A stretch of DNA of 64,000 nucleotides from Mytilus californianus. Its lineage: Eukaryota. Shown piece after piece: positions 38,065 through 49,915 of this stretch. The notes beneath the pieces are model-generated. The model saw nothing but the letters and a program-made list of their open reading frames with translations. It was not told the origin of the DNA and did no database searches. A program made the position numbers and the translations under genes. Where the stretch lies: positions 1,798,001 through 1,862,000 of the forward strand of contig NW_026262676.1 in NCBI RefSeq assembly GCF_021869535.1, in the 5' to 3' direction. Numbering within the stretch: position 1 is the first letter of the stretch; each line of letters opens with the position of its first letter.

Positions 38065-38380
38065 TTATGTAGACTGGTGGAAATTTTTTCATACCATTTT
38101 TCTCATGTAACCAGTTAGCATAAATCTGTATTAGATTAAGTAAAGCTTGACCGTTTATTTTCAGTTCTCATAGTCTTAATTGATTGTTTTTGATAATCTC
38201 AAAAGAAGATGAAATTACTGCAATTTTCAAAAGAGACGCCAAAGCGCTGCCAATTCATTTTTTGTACCGCCCTTCGTCATACTTCTGTTTGTCAAGTAGT
38301 CGCATAAAGCACTTACTTTCCAGGTTGAAGAAATCATCTAAAAACGTGTTTTGGTTAGTAGTATCCATTATATGTTGCTT
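38065..38380 (-). pseudogene. SAP-domain N-terminal remnant of a SAP-SWIM-YqaJ-type gene
   Basis: MISSTWKVSALCDYLTNRSMTKGGTKNELAA..., then LKING...NWLHEKNGMKKFPPVY; multiple frameshifts. Confidence 0.55.
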
Positions 38381-38949
38381 CTCTTCAGAATCTCGGAGAA
38401 CAATTTAGTTTACCACTCTCCGTCATGTTAAAGTGTTCTGTTTATAGTTAAGTCAGCAGTCTACATTCTGACGTTTATTTTACATCGATCTATACTGCAG
38501 TTTTACATACAATTCCAACTGTACAACTGATCTATAATCAATGCATGTTCCGAGTCGGCCATCTCCAACACTTCTTGCTAACCAATTTCGGAATTATGGT
38601 CCTCTTGCTCATACGAAGTAACCTTATATCTATAATGTCATTAAAGTAGAATTATCAACGGCATCAGCATATTCTAATTGATAAGCTTTTCTAACTCACT
38701 AATGACATATACTGTCATTCAGAATTGAAACTGTTTTGAATTTATAAAGTCAAGTAAAAAATTGTTATCTTATTCAATTTGTACACCTTCTTTACCAGTT
38801 ACATATCACAATAAATATAAATGGCACATACTTGGTCATTCAACTTGATGGAAACTCTGTGGATGTCTAGAATAAAAATATTGTTCCCAGCAATGATGCC
38901 CAAAACCCCTGAAGCAACAACTTCTGTAGTTTTTTTTTTGGAGGGGGGA

Positions 38950-40640
38950 CCATAGGTTACTTTGTAAATACATGGAATATATCCATGGATCATATAAATT
39001 AATTAGACGAGATTTAGATATTTTATGATATGTGATATTTGAGGTCAACAATATAAAAGCTGTGATCAAAACACCATTTGTTCATTTTTTTACAATTTGA
39101 TAATCTTCAGGATTTCAGCTTTAAGATTAAGTTGACAATTTTCCTGTATCCGGGCGGAAGTACATTGTATAAAATAAGTCAATAGTCAACATTATTCGGT
39201 TCAGAAAACATCGATTTACACTACATATTTATAAACAATTCAACATTACAACTGAGTAGTGACGAGCAGTGAATTTATTTAGGGGACACAATTAAAATCA
39301 CAATCTGTCAAAGTTAATTACAAATGGAATGTTTCTTTCAAGTTTGACATTAAATAATTCAAGCCGACTGAAATGTCAATTAAGACGGTAGAATTTAAAA
39401 ACGTTTAATTTCGTAAAATTGCAATGCTTGTCTGTTCAGCATTCAATTTTGTATCACTATTTGATCTATTTCTAGTTTAAAAAAATGCTTTGCCGTATCG
39501 TAGAGTTCACGACTTAAAAATAATCATGATATTAATATATTTCAGTTGTTATTTGTTTGTAGGGAAACGCATAAGTTACAATGTTAATACATGGAATAAA
39601 TCGATGGATCGCATCAATCAATTAGAGAATTTCTTTTATTGTGAAATTTGAGGTCTTCAATTTTAAATCCTTTTTTTTTCAAATCTATTTGTTCATTTTG
39701 TGAAAATTTGATACTCTTCAGGATTTCAGCTTTAATATTAAGTTGACAATGTATCCGGATGTACTTTGTTTATAGTTTAGTCAATAGTCAACATTATTCG
39801 GTTCAGATAACATCGAGTTATCACTACGATATATTAATTTTAATTACAAATAAAATGTGATTTTCGTCGAGTTTAACATTTTATAATTAAAACTCACTTA
39901 AATATCGATTTAGACTGATATTATACGATCAATTCCAACAGTTGATAACTATTTAATTCCGTAAAATTTCAATGCATTGTCTGCTCAGCATTCAGTTTTG
40001 TACAACTATTAGATCCATTTCAAACTTTCCTAAATGTTTAGCCGTATCAAGGCGTTTACGATTTAAACATAAAACATATTTCAGTTATTATGTTTTCAGT
40101 GGGAGAAACATAAGTTACTAGGAAAATACATGGAATATATCCATGGCTACCATTAATCAATAAGACGAGATTTAGATATTTATGTTTTGTGACTTTTGCT
40201 GTCAACAATTTAAAATCCTTTTAAAAATCTATTTCATCTTCGAGAAAATTTGATACTCTTCAGGATTTTAGCTTTCAGATTAAGTTGGACGGAAGTACAT
40301 TGTTTAAAATTAATTCAATAGTCAACATCATTACGTTCAGAGAACATCGAGTTACACTACAAATTTATTAGTTATTTAATTTCACAAGTGAGACCGGCAG
40401 TAAATATATATTTAGGGAACACAATTAAAATCAAAATATATCTAACTTTTTTACAAATGAATTGTGATTTTCAAGTTTAACATTAAATAATTAAAATGCA
40501 CTTAAATATAAATGTTTGGCTGTAGTTTTACGAACAGTTAAATCTGTAGAATTAATATGTAATTCATTAAAATGACAATGCAATGTTTGTTGGGTATTTT
40601 ATTTTGTATCACTTTAAGATATATCTCTAGTTTTACATTT
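38950..40640. repeat. Degenerate tandem triplication, ~540-620 bp unit
   Basis: ATACATGGAATA at 38968, 39587 and 40126, each followed by TCTTCAGGATTT...AATAGTCAACAT...TTCAGA..ACATCGA. Confidence 0.85.
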
Positions 40641-40837
40641 TACGACATGCTCGGTCGATTGGTTGCTTTCTCGGCAATAAAATAATAGATATTTCTGTAT
40701 CATTCATAATCATTTCCTTTTTTTAGTATATAAAAACGTTATATATATATGATGAACGATAAAACATATGACCCGCGTTATATATACACACACACAAGTC
40801 CATCTTCATACACGGAAAAACTGTTCAATTAACGCTA

Positions 40838-41090
40838 CTAGCAGTTGCATACATGTGATATAAGCATGGCCTCCAGGTGGGATATTCTTTCTCTGAGGTT
40901 TTTCACTTCTTGTAAACTAATGTGATACTTAATTAATTCCATTCTATGTACAGGCGTTTGCGGTGACGGGACGTTGGAATAGATATTAGATATTCCTTCT
41001 CTGAGGTTTTTCACTGCTTCTCGTAGGCTAGTTTGACTTCCATCACTTGTATCCCACTCAATACTGACATCTACTATTTCCCACTCAATG
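40838..41090 (-). pseudogene. Rearranged paralog of the leucine-zipper-like terminal exon at 46580-46702
   Basis: Acceptor ttctgtacag; IEWDTSDGSQTSLREAVKNLREGIS...SLQEVKNLRERISHLEAMLISHVCNC*, with an internal duplication. Confidence 0.5.
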
Positions 41091-42911
41091 CTGTACAGAA
41101 AGCAAAAAAAGGTTAAAGAAGTACCATAATTACTTAAAAGAAATAAAATATCACATCTAAACTTTTTGTATTTACAAAAAAACATTAACTTTGAAAAATC
41201 AAATCTTAATGTAAATGAGATTCAAATCTTCAAACCAAATAATTACATCGTCAACGTACACTAAACAATGTTGCTATGTTAAACCTCTCAAAACTTGTGT
41301 CATTAAAGACTGAAAACTTTGACAAGCATAAGGCATTCTCTTAAATTGATGTAATTTATCACGAGAAATAAAGGCTGTTTAATGCTTTGAGTGTTCGTCA
41401 ATTGGCATTTGATAATAAGCCAATGTCAAATCAAGTTGTGAATAAATTTTGGCATGTGATTGTCCTATAGCATCAAAAACATCATCTAAACAAGGCAGCG
41501 GATGTTGATGAAGAATTGATTGTTTGTTAATCCGCATTTACGTTATGCAGTTCATTGCGTCGTATTTTATCCAATGAGATAAAAGAACAACATTATATAT
41601 CGTTAAACCCCCCTGCATACATCTCCTTTTAGAATATGTTATTTTAATTAATCGGATTATGTTGTATTCATTTGCAATGCAGATATATTCAGTTATTATT
41701 TCGTCAGCGAAAGGACTGAGAGCCATAAAATCACCGAGAAGGGTGAGTACCATATTATGACTTATCGTGTTGTCATAGAGCGAAAACAATTCCATACATA
41801 TATATCCTCTTTAAATGATTACAAAACAATTATCTATTCCCAATAATTTTTATTTCACACAATAAAAAACACATTTCAAAGTATATTTCATCTTGATGTC
41901 TCTCACTTTAAACCTTACAAAATAAAACTATCAAACAATACGTTTATTTTAATGGGCCATCATCATTACTAGATAAGTAATTGAAATAAACATCTTTTTT
42001 TTTTTATCGAAAAAAATGTTTTATTTATCTGTAGACGCTTTCTTATTTTTCCCCATTAGGTCCGAGACCACAATTATTTCGTAGTGCATTTCTTTTAGAC
42101 AATAAATGAAAATTTAAAAAATCCCACCTGCGCTTTCTCAATAAAATTTTTACAGTGTTGTACTACTTTTGGGACAAATTATATCAAAATTATAGAAAAT
42201 TTCATCGGCTCTATCTCAAAATATGGACAATTTTATGTTTAGGGGGTCTTGAAATCTTTTGACAGCTTCCGAAGTGCTAATTTTTAACCTTTTTCAGCTT
42301 GGTAAATCACTACTTACCTTTACAATTCTGGACCCAAATTTTTTTACAGTGTAATTTCACCCCCCTACTTGCAATTTGAGGCATGAAACATGGAGAAATA
42401 AATTTGGAAGGGGTATAAAAAAAATTGGCAAGTAACCCACTGTCAACACTAGGGACTATATTCGGGGACAACGTAAATCAAGGGACGACAATTGTGGTAT
42501 CGGACCATTAAGGATGTGCGACAGTTATGTTTTGGTATTTTCATCAGATTTTCGAACTCCTCAATATTTATCCATCTCATAACGTAGAAAATACTTACTT
42601 CTAAAAAAAAATATCCTTATTTTCTAATTTCAATTGTCAGTTCCCTGACTAAATTTTCCAACACTTGGAACTCTTTTCTTTAAGTCTTCTATTTCCTCAC
42701 TACATGATTTCTCCCATCTAATGCTCTAAAAAGAAAAACAAAATCAAACTTTTACACATAACTGCAGTAGAGATCAAAGATTTGGTGATTTTTTATTATT
42801 CTTACGCGCGTTAGTCAAAAAGTCATTGCCTGAAACTTTATTTCAATTTGTCAGTTAAATCGCTATATTTCTTTACTAACACAGACACAAAAGTAGATAG
42901 GTAGAAATTTA

Positions 42912-43490
42912 TCGAGATCTTGTACTTACCAATGAAATAAATTTGAGTTCCTGAGCGCGAAAAGAAAGGTTGATAAGCAAAAACTAAGTCCTGGATAATT
43001 GTCTGATTTAAAAATGAACTTTATAAATTGTAAAAATATTTGATGATTATTGGTTCATTTTCCTTATCTGAGTCTCGGACTTTCTGTATACTCAAAGAGT
43101 CTCTTCCTACATGTACTGAAATGTAGATTTGTTTGAATTCATTTTAAAAGATAGAAATCAAGATACTAGGATGTGTTTTGTGTAGCTAACTATCGTAGTA
43201 TAATAACCAGATGATTTATAATTTTGGGATAAATATCGATAGGAGTAGATGTAGAGTTGTTTGAAGCCATTTTGAAAGATGGAATTCAAGATAATAAGAT
43301 GAGTTTTGTGTAGCTGTGTACCAAAGTATAATAACCAAAGATACCAAGATGCATTATTTATCGAGATATTGTACTTACCAATGAAATAAATTCGAGTTTC
43401 TGAGCGCAAAAAGAAAGGATAATAAGCAAAACTTAAGTCCTGGATAATTGTCTGATTTTAAAAATGAACTTTTAATTTGTAAAAATATTT
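42912..43490. repeat. Pair of ~130 bp direct repeats about 450 bp apart
   Basis: TATCGAGAT.TTGTACTTACCAATGAAATAAATT.GAGTT.CTGAGCGC...GTAAAAATATTTGA at ~42912-43042 and ~43360-43492. Confidence 0.85.
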
Positions 43491-43493
43491 GAA

Positions 43494-43552
43494 TCGCCGC
43501 GAAAAAGCCTTATTGCTGTAATGCGGCGTAAAGCAAACACCAATCATCAATC
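43494..43552 (+). mobile_element. 3' tail fragment of the I/Nimb-type LINE
   Basis: TCGCCGCGAAAAAGCCTTATTGCTGTAATGCGGCGTAAAGCAAACACCAATC matches the reverse complement of 62926-62990. Confidence 0.8.
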
Positions 43553-43809
43553 ATTTGGATAGCAAAATGTACATCGTACCATTTTGTCTACCCTTTGATG
43601 TGTCAATACACATTAGAACGTTGTTAACAATTCTAGAACTAGTTGTTCTTACGCCATTCGGAAATGTTCGAATTCCTTGGGACGTAATGTAAAACCTGGT
43701 TTATTGGGAACAACATCACTTTGGGAAGTTCTCCAGTACTGTGTAATTTTCACACAAATGCCGTCTTGCTCAGCAATGCAGTACATGATTTTTCCTAAAT
43801 ATGCTTTGA

Positions 43810-44238
43810 TTGATTGATTGATTGTTTGTTGCTTAACGTCCAGTGGCAAATATTTCATGCATGTTCAGGACGAGAACAAGTTAACAATAAATACAATAGG
43901 TAGGTCCTGTAATAGAGGCCGTCCGGGATGAAGGTCGGGGAAATATGGACTACCACGGGAAAATGAGGGTATATTGGATAAGGACAGAAATTTAGCCTTG
44001 CAACAGGTCACCTACGGACCCCTCAAAGAGTTGTTGCAAGGGTTCTTAACGTGCGAAGAACGTGGCACTCTCTTTACACAAGGCATCGGATTTAACGTCC
44101 CCATTCTGACCGGACGTGACTGCGAACTTGTACATCCCGCACAGCCAAACGGACGCCCCACTTTAGCGAGGGTTTTACCGCCGGTCGGAGGAAGACCAAT
44201 GGTGACCATATTTCTATACCCCAGTCACCCTTTAGGTC
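43810..44238 (-). mobile_element. Full-length SINE with 13 bp TSD
   Basis: TSD AAATATGCTTTGA at 43797-43809 and 44239-44251. Confidence 0.95.
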
Positions 44239-44875
44239 AAATATGCTTTGAAGTCCCCATTGTTCTTCAGGGGATTGGTAATATTTTTAATTTCCATCAA
44301 TAACGTTTTTATTGAAAATAATGTCAGACCTTGTTTAACCTTGAAGGCCACAAGCGTTCAATTCTTAGTATTGACGTAAACTAAATCGCGTTTCTGAACG
44401 TCATTCAAATGTTGTGTTTCCAATATCCATCTCTAACTAACATTAAGTTGCAGTCACAGTCACCATTCCGTATATTTGACATGTATGCACTCCGGACATC
44501 TTGAGATACTGAGTTGGTTCATACGATCAGACCTGTAGGGACAGGGTACAACGGAACTGAGTTCGGGTACAAAATCTCCAATTACGGTGGTATAGTCCTT
44601 TAATTTAACGTTTTCCGATGGCCTATGACATATTCGCTTTTTTGTTGGAACGACCTCTGTCTGTTTAGGTGGTAATTAATGTTGCCTGACGCAAGGACTG
44701 TCAGTTAGTACGGAAGCGAACACATTTCAAACCATGCACGTGGAATAATCCTTTTTTACCTGAGGGCCTAGTCCAGAAAATCAAAGCTGTCCACCCAGCT
44801 TCTGTTTGTAAATTTGCAGGCGAATTTCCTATTTTCCTGTGAACACTTTTTATCGTATTTCTTCTCCCACTCTTT

Positions 44876-45886
44876 CCCCCAAGGGTGACTGGGGAACGAA
44901 ATATGGTCACCTGGTCTTCTCCCGACCGGCAGTAAAACGGTTGCCAAAGTGGGGCGTCCGTTTAGCTGTGCGGGATGTATAAAGTTTGTAGCCACTTCCG
45001 GTCAGAATGGGGACGTTAAATCCGATGCCTCGTGTAAAGAGAGTGCCACGCTCTTTGCACGTTAAGAACCCTTGCAACAACTCTTTGAGGGGTCCGTAGG
45101 TGACCTCTGCAAGGCTAAATTTCTGTCCCTATCCAATATACCCTCTTTTTTCCGTGGCAGTCTAAATTTCTCCGACCTTAATCCCGGAAGCCCCTATTAC
45201 AGAACCTACCTATTGTATTTATTGTTAACTTGTTCTCGTCCTGAATATGCATGAAATATTTGCCACTGGACGTTAAGCAACCAACAATCAATCAATCAAT
45301 CCGGTCAGAATGGGGACGTTAAATCCGATGCCTCGTGTAAAGAGAGTGCCACGCTCTTTACACGTTAAGAACCCTTGCAACAACTCTTTGAGGGGTCCGT
45401 AGGTGACCTGTTGCAAGGCTAAATTTCTGTCCCTATCCAATATACCCTCATTTCCCGTGGCAGTCTAAATTTCTCCGACCTTAATCCCGGACGTCTTATT
45501 ACAGAACCTACCTATTGTATTTATTGTTAACTTGTTCTCGTCCTGAATATGCATGAAATATTTGCCACTGGACGTTTAGCAACCAACAATCAATCAACAA
45601 TCAATTAAATCCGATGCCTCGTGTAAAGAAAGTGCCACGCTCTTTGAACGTTGAGAACCCTTGCAAAACCTCTTTGAGGGGTCCGTAGGTGGCCTGTTGC
45701 AAGGCAAAATTTCTGTCCCTATCCAATATACCCAAGTGGCAGTCCAAATTTCCCCGACCATCATTCCGGATGACCTCTATTACAAGACCTACCTATTGTA
45801 TTGATTGCTAACTTGTTCTCGTCCTGAACATGCATTAAATATTTGCCACTCGACGTTAAGCAACCAACAATCAATCAATCAATCAA
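44876..45886 (+). mobile_element. Three head-to-tail SINE units within one 14 bp TSD
   Basis: Units 44876-45300, 45301-45604 and 45605-45886; TSD TCTTCTCCCACTCT at 44860-44873 and 45887-45900. Confidence 0.92.
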
Positions 45887-46590
45887 TCTTCTCCCACTCT
45901 CTAATATATATACGAATATGTCTTTCCACTCAATGGCCTGAACGAATCTATTGTGTCCAAGCTTGATATTGCAACGTGCTGTCATCTGGACTTATTTGGT
46001 CAAAATGAGAAGAAAAAGGGTGTGACAGTTTGTTTTTAAAAATTGACGTAACGAACATTTCATGCACTTCGGTTTCTCCGGAACGATGATCGGACGTAAG
46101 ACCAGCGATCGTTCTTTGAAATGCACGGCGTCTCGGGGAACGACACGACACCTTTACATAGGATTTCATTACGGCCGTGTCTGCACCCCACTGACGGTCG
46201 TTGAATGGACCGATCACTTTTCGTCCTTGAAATGTTTAGTAGATCTTTCTGTGTAGACCAAAATTATCTTACGTTTCCAACCATTTTCTGATCTTGGATT
46301 TTCCAAACCGTTTTTTCATTCTTTCAGTACGGCTTTGTACAATTAATCCACGCCACTGAACGAACCCGGATGTCCTGGGTCGTTATATATCCTTTCGAGG
46401 TAGTCTTGATAGGTGATTGTATGGGTCTCATTCCAGAAAAGCTGCAATCATGTAGAAAATACTTACTTCTAAAATATCCGGACATACTAATGCTGTTGCC
46501 AGGTAAGGACAGTGTGAAATGTTCCGCGTTATATTTACACACAACAAGTCCCTCTTCATACACGAAAAAACTTCTACTATCACTTGCAGT
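45678..46590 (+). repeat. Local segmental duplication, copy A
   Basis: Collinear and near-identical to 47727-49078 apart from the SINE at 48229-48652; both share the private variant CCACTCGACG. Confidence 0.92.
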
Positions 46591-47033
46591 TGCATACAGT
46601 TGATACAAGTATAGCCTCCACGTGTGATATTCCTTCTCTGAGGTTTTCACTTCTTCTTGTTAAGCTAATTTGACTTTCATCACATGTATTCCACTCAATG
46701 ATCTACAGAAAGAAAAATAAAGTTTAACAAATACCCTTATGACAAAAAACATATATTACAGCCTTTTTGTCAAAACATTAATTAAACTTATAGTATAAAA
46801 AGCATTCAAAATGCATATATAATTGATATATTTTCCCATGTTTTCTTTAAGTTATGAATCATATTTAATATTTTAGGTTTCCTTATTTCTATTTTTTCCA
46901 CCAATCTCTATTAGATTAATTTCTAAAATTATACTTACAATTCTTTCTTGTTTATCCAGGCGGGCAACTTTTTGTCTATTTTCAGTATCGAAGACAGGGC
47001 TCAAGCTGTCTGAAAAGAGCAGCCTTTTCCTTG
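46580..47033 (-). CDS. Two in-phase exons (46939-47033, 46580-46702) encoding a bZIP-like leucine-zipper C-terminus
   Basis: GT-AG intron of 236 nt; spliced frame xRKRLLFSDSLSPVFDTENRQKVARLDKQERI|IIEWNTCDESQISLTRRSENLREGISHVEAILVSTVCNCK*. First exon not found. Confidence 0.45.
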
Positions 47034-47726
47034 CTGGAGTTTTGAATTGAAAGAGAGTAAAAATGATTTTACATTTCGATAATAAAAGTGCAGATATTTC
47101 GATGATGAAATGTGGAGATATGACGTATTAAATTCGAGGTCATCTTCGCTAGCCAAGGGTTACGATCCACTTCCCTCCTCTCCACCCTTGGCGGATTGAG
47201 ATAGAATTTCTGAGACACAAGGTAATGATTTTCATTGGTTGCAGTCGAAACTCGCTGCATCCAATCAAAAAGCGCTTATAACATGATCACGTGTAAATGT
47301 AGATTGTCACTATATTAAGTGACAATTTGAATGTTTTTAATCAACTAATAGAAGTTCCTGTGTATGTTTCTTGCACAAATGCATGAATGTCAACGTTTAT
47401 TTTCGTTTCCGGCTTTACCAAGTGTGTAGAATCTAGACGGAAAGCACCAGATGTTCCAAGAATAGTTTACTCAAGCAGAGCGTATCCATCAAGCGAAATA
47501 GAAAGCGTACCACTTGATTGACCCATGAGCCATCGCCTTCTTCAGTTATCCGAAATATAAATAGCTTAAATAGCTTAATTTTAATACATGTGTATATAAT
47601 GAAAATTGTTACAAGAAAGCTTATTGTTGAGGATTAACCGAAGGGCTCAACATGACCAGCCGATTGATCGGACCGGGCCAACGGGTTGGAGAGCCTATTT
47701 TATTCAAAACATCGGGCAACTCGTAC

Positions 47727-49078
47727 GAGGGGTCCGTAGGTGGCCTGTTGCAAGGCAAAATTTCTGTCCCTATCCAATATACCCAAGTGGCAGTCCAAAT
47801 TTCCCCGACCATCATTCCGGATGACCTCTATTACAAGACCTACCTATTGTATTTATTGCTAACTTGTTCTCGTCCTGAACATGCATTAAATATTTGCCAC
47901 TCGACGTTAAGCAACCAACCATCAATCAATCAATCAATCTTCTCCATCTCTCTAATATATATACGAATATGTCTTTCCACTCAATGGCCTGAACGAATCT
48001 ATTATGTCCAAGCTTGATATTGCAACGTGCTGTCATCTGGACTTATTTGGTCAAAATGAGAAGAAGAAAGGTGTGACAGTTTGTTTTTAAAAATTGACGT
48101 AACGAACATTTCATGCACTTCGGTTTCTCCGGAACGATGATCGGACGTAAGACCAGCGATCGTTCTTTGAAATGCACGGCGTCTCGGGGAACGACACGAC
48201 ACCTTTACATAGGATTTCATTACGGCCGCCCCCCAAGGGTGACTGGGGAATAGAAGTATGGTCACCATTGGTCTTCCTCCGACCGGCAGTAAAACCCGTG
48301 CTAAAGTGGGGCGTCCGTTTGGCTGTGCGGGATGTACAAATTTGCAGCCACGTCCGGTCAGAATGGGGACGTTAAATCCGATGCCTCGTGTAAAGAAAGT
48401 GCCACGTTCTTTGCACGTTAAGAACCCTTGCAACAACTCTTTGAGGGGTCCGTAGGTGACCTGTTGCAAGGCTAAATTTCTGTCCCTATCCAATATACCC
48501 TCATTTCCCGTGGCAGTCTAAATTTCTCCGACCTTAATCCCTTAATCTATTACAGAACCTACATATTGTATTTATTGTGAACTTGTTCTCGTCCTGAATA
48601 TGCATGAAATATTTGCCACTGGACGTTAAGCAACCAACAATCAATCAATCAATCATTACGGCCGTGTCTGCACCCCACTGACGGTCGTTGAATGGACCGA
48701 TCACTTTTCGTCCTTGAAATGTTTAGTAGATCTTTCTGTGTAGACCAAAATTATCTTGCGTTTCCAACCATTTTCTGATCTTGGATTTTCCAAACCGTAT
48801 TTTCATTCTTTCAGTACGGCTTTGTACAATTAATCCACGCCACTGAACGAACCCGGATGTCCTGGGTCGTTATATATCCTTTCGAGGTAGTCTTGATAGG
48901 TGATTGTATCGGTCTCATTCCAGAAAAGCTGCAATCATGTAGAAAATACTTACTTCTAAAATATCCGGACATACTAATGCTGTTGCCAGGTAAGGACAGT
49001 GTGAAATGTTCCGCGCTATATTTACACACAACAAGTCCCTCTTCATACACGAAAAAACTGTTCTACTATCACTTGCAG
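47727..49078 (+). repeat. Local segmental duplication, copy B
   Basis: See copy A; additionally contains a SINE insertion. Confidence 0.92.
48229..48652 (+). mobile_element. Full-length SINE with 12 bp TSD
   Basis: TSD TCATTACGGCCG at 48217-48228 and 48653-48664; the empty site is present once in copy A (46167-46178). Confidence 0.97.
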
Positions 49079-49375
49079 TCTCGTCGGTCCGGGTATTTTC
49101 TGACCGTAAGGAGTCTGACTACAGCCCTCATCCGCAAGGATCTCGTCAACCACCGACACGGGTAACAACCCACGGCCAACGGGTTGGAGAGCCTATTTTA
49201 TTCAAAACATCGGGCAACTCGTACGATGTTCGGATCACTTTAGTCTGGTCTCTACCCTTCGACCTGTCCAGCATGGGTAACCCTACCAGGAGACGAAGCT
49301 CCAGCTGGCATAGCTTTTGGGGTCACTGAGACATGCAAGCCCCCCGACCACGGCAAGGATAGTGATCCACCCGGG
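49079..49375 (+). mobile_element. RTE-like retroelement 5' UTR fragment
   Basis: CCCTTCGACCTGTCCAGCATGGG...CCCTACCAG...GGCATAGC...GCAAGCCCCCCGACCACGGCAAGG resembles RTE-clade 5' regions (recalled, unverified). Confidence 0.45.
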
Positions 49376-49378
49376 GGT

Positions 49379-49915
49379 ATGAATTTGGAGAAGGTGATAC
49401 TTAACAGAGGTGGAGGAGGAATGGAAGCGCACTCACGACTTACTAATACAATTAAATACAAGTCAGTAACTAACAGAACCAGAATGTCTGATGCCAGGGA
49501 AACTGTTTTAGCTGCAGGACCACCAGATTTTAATATATCTTTATCAACTTGCTATAACTATACCCAAAATTACAGGAATGGAACGTACCAGGCAAAACAA
49601 CATCATGAAGGCAAAGATGTCAATAAAATGATTTCACTCCACAGTGCACCAAAAACTGCTGTAGTCAAGGACACAGTTGTCAATGCACATTATTGTTCTG
49701 CAAATATCAATTATTCAGCAGATATTGCAGCAGAAAACACAGATGATACATGTATAGATTCCAAGGATGCAAAGGCAGCTGTCCGCTGTAACAATTCCTT
49801 AGGTGGGAAGACCTGGGCTGTATGTGAAGCATCAGATCATGACTGGGACCAAAGCCGTACAAATGCAATTACACCAATGGGTCATCTCTTCCTGGAAACA
49901 AAAAAATGTGAAGAC
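49379..49915 (+). mobile_element. Zator/TP36-like transposase fragment
   Basis: ISLSTCYNYTQNYR...SKDAKAAV...SDHDW...ITPMGHLF resembles the S-x-D-x-K-A...D-H-D-[FW] signature. Confidence 0.5.

Noticed and set aside
42057-43081. MITE bounded by GTCCGAGAC/GTCTCGGAC
   Set aside because: Only a 9-11 bp imperfect inverted repeat and no clear TSD.
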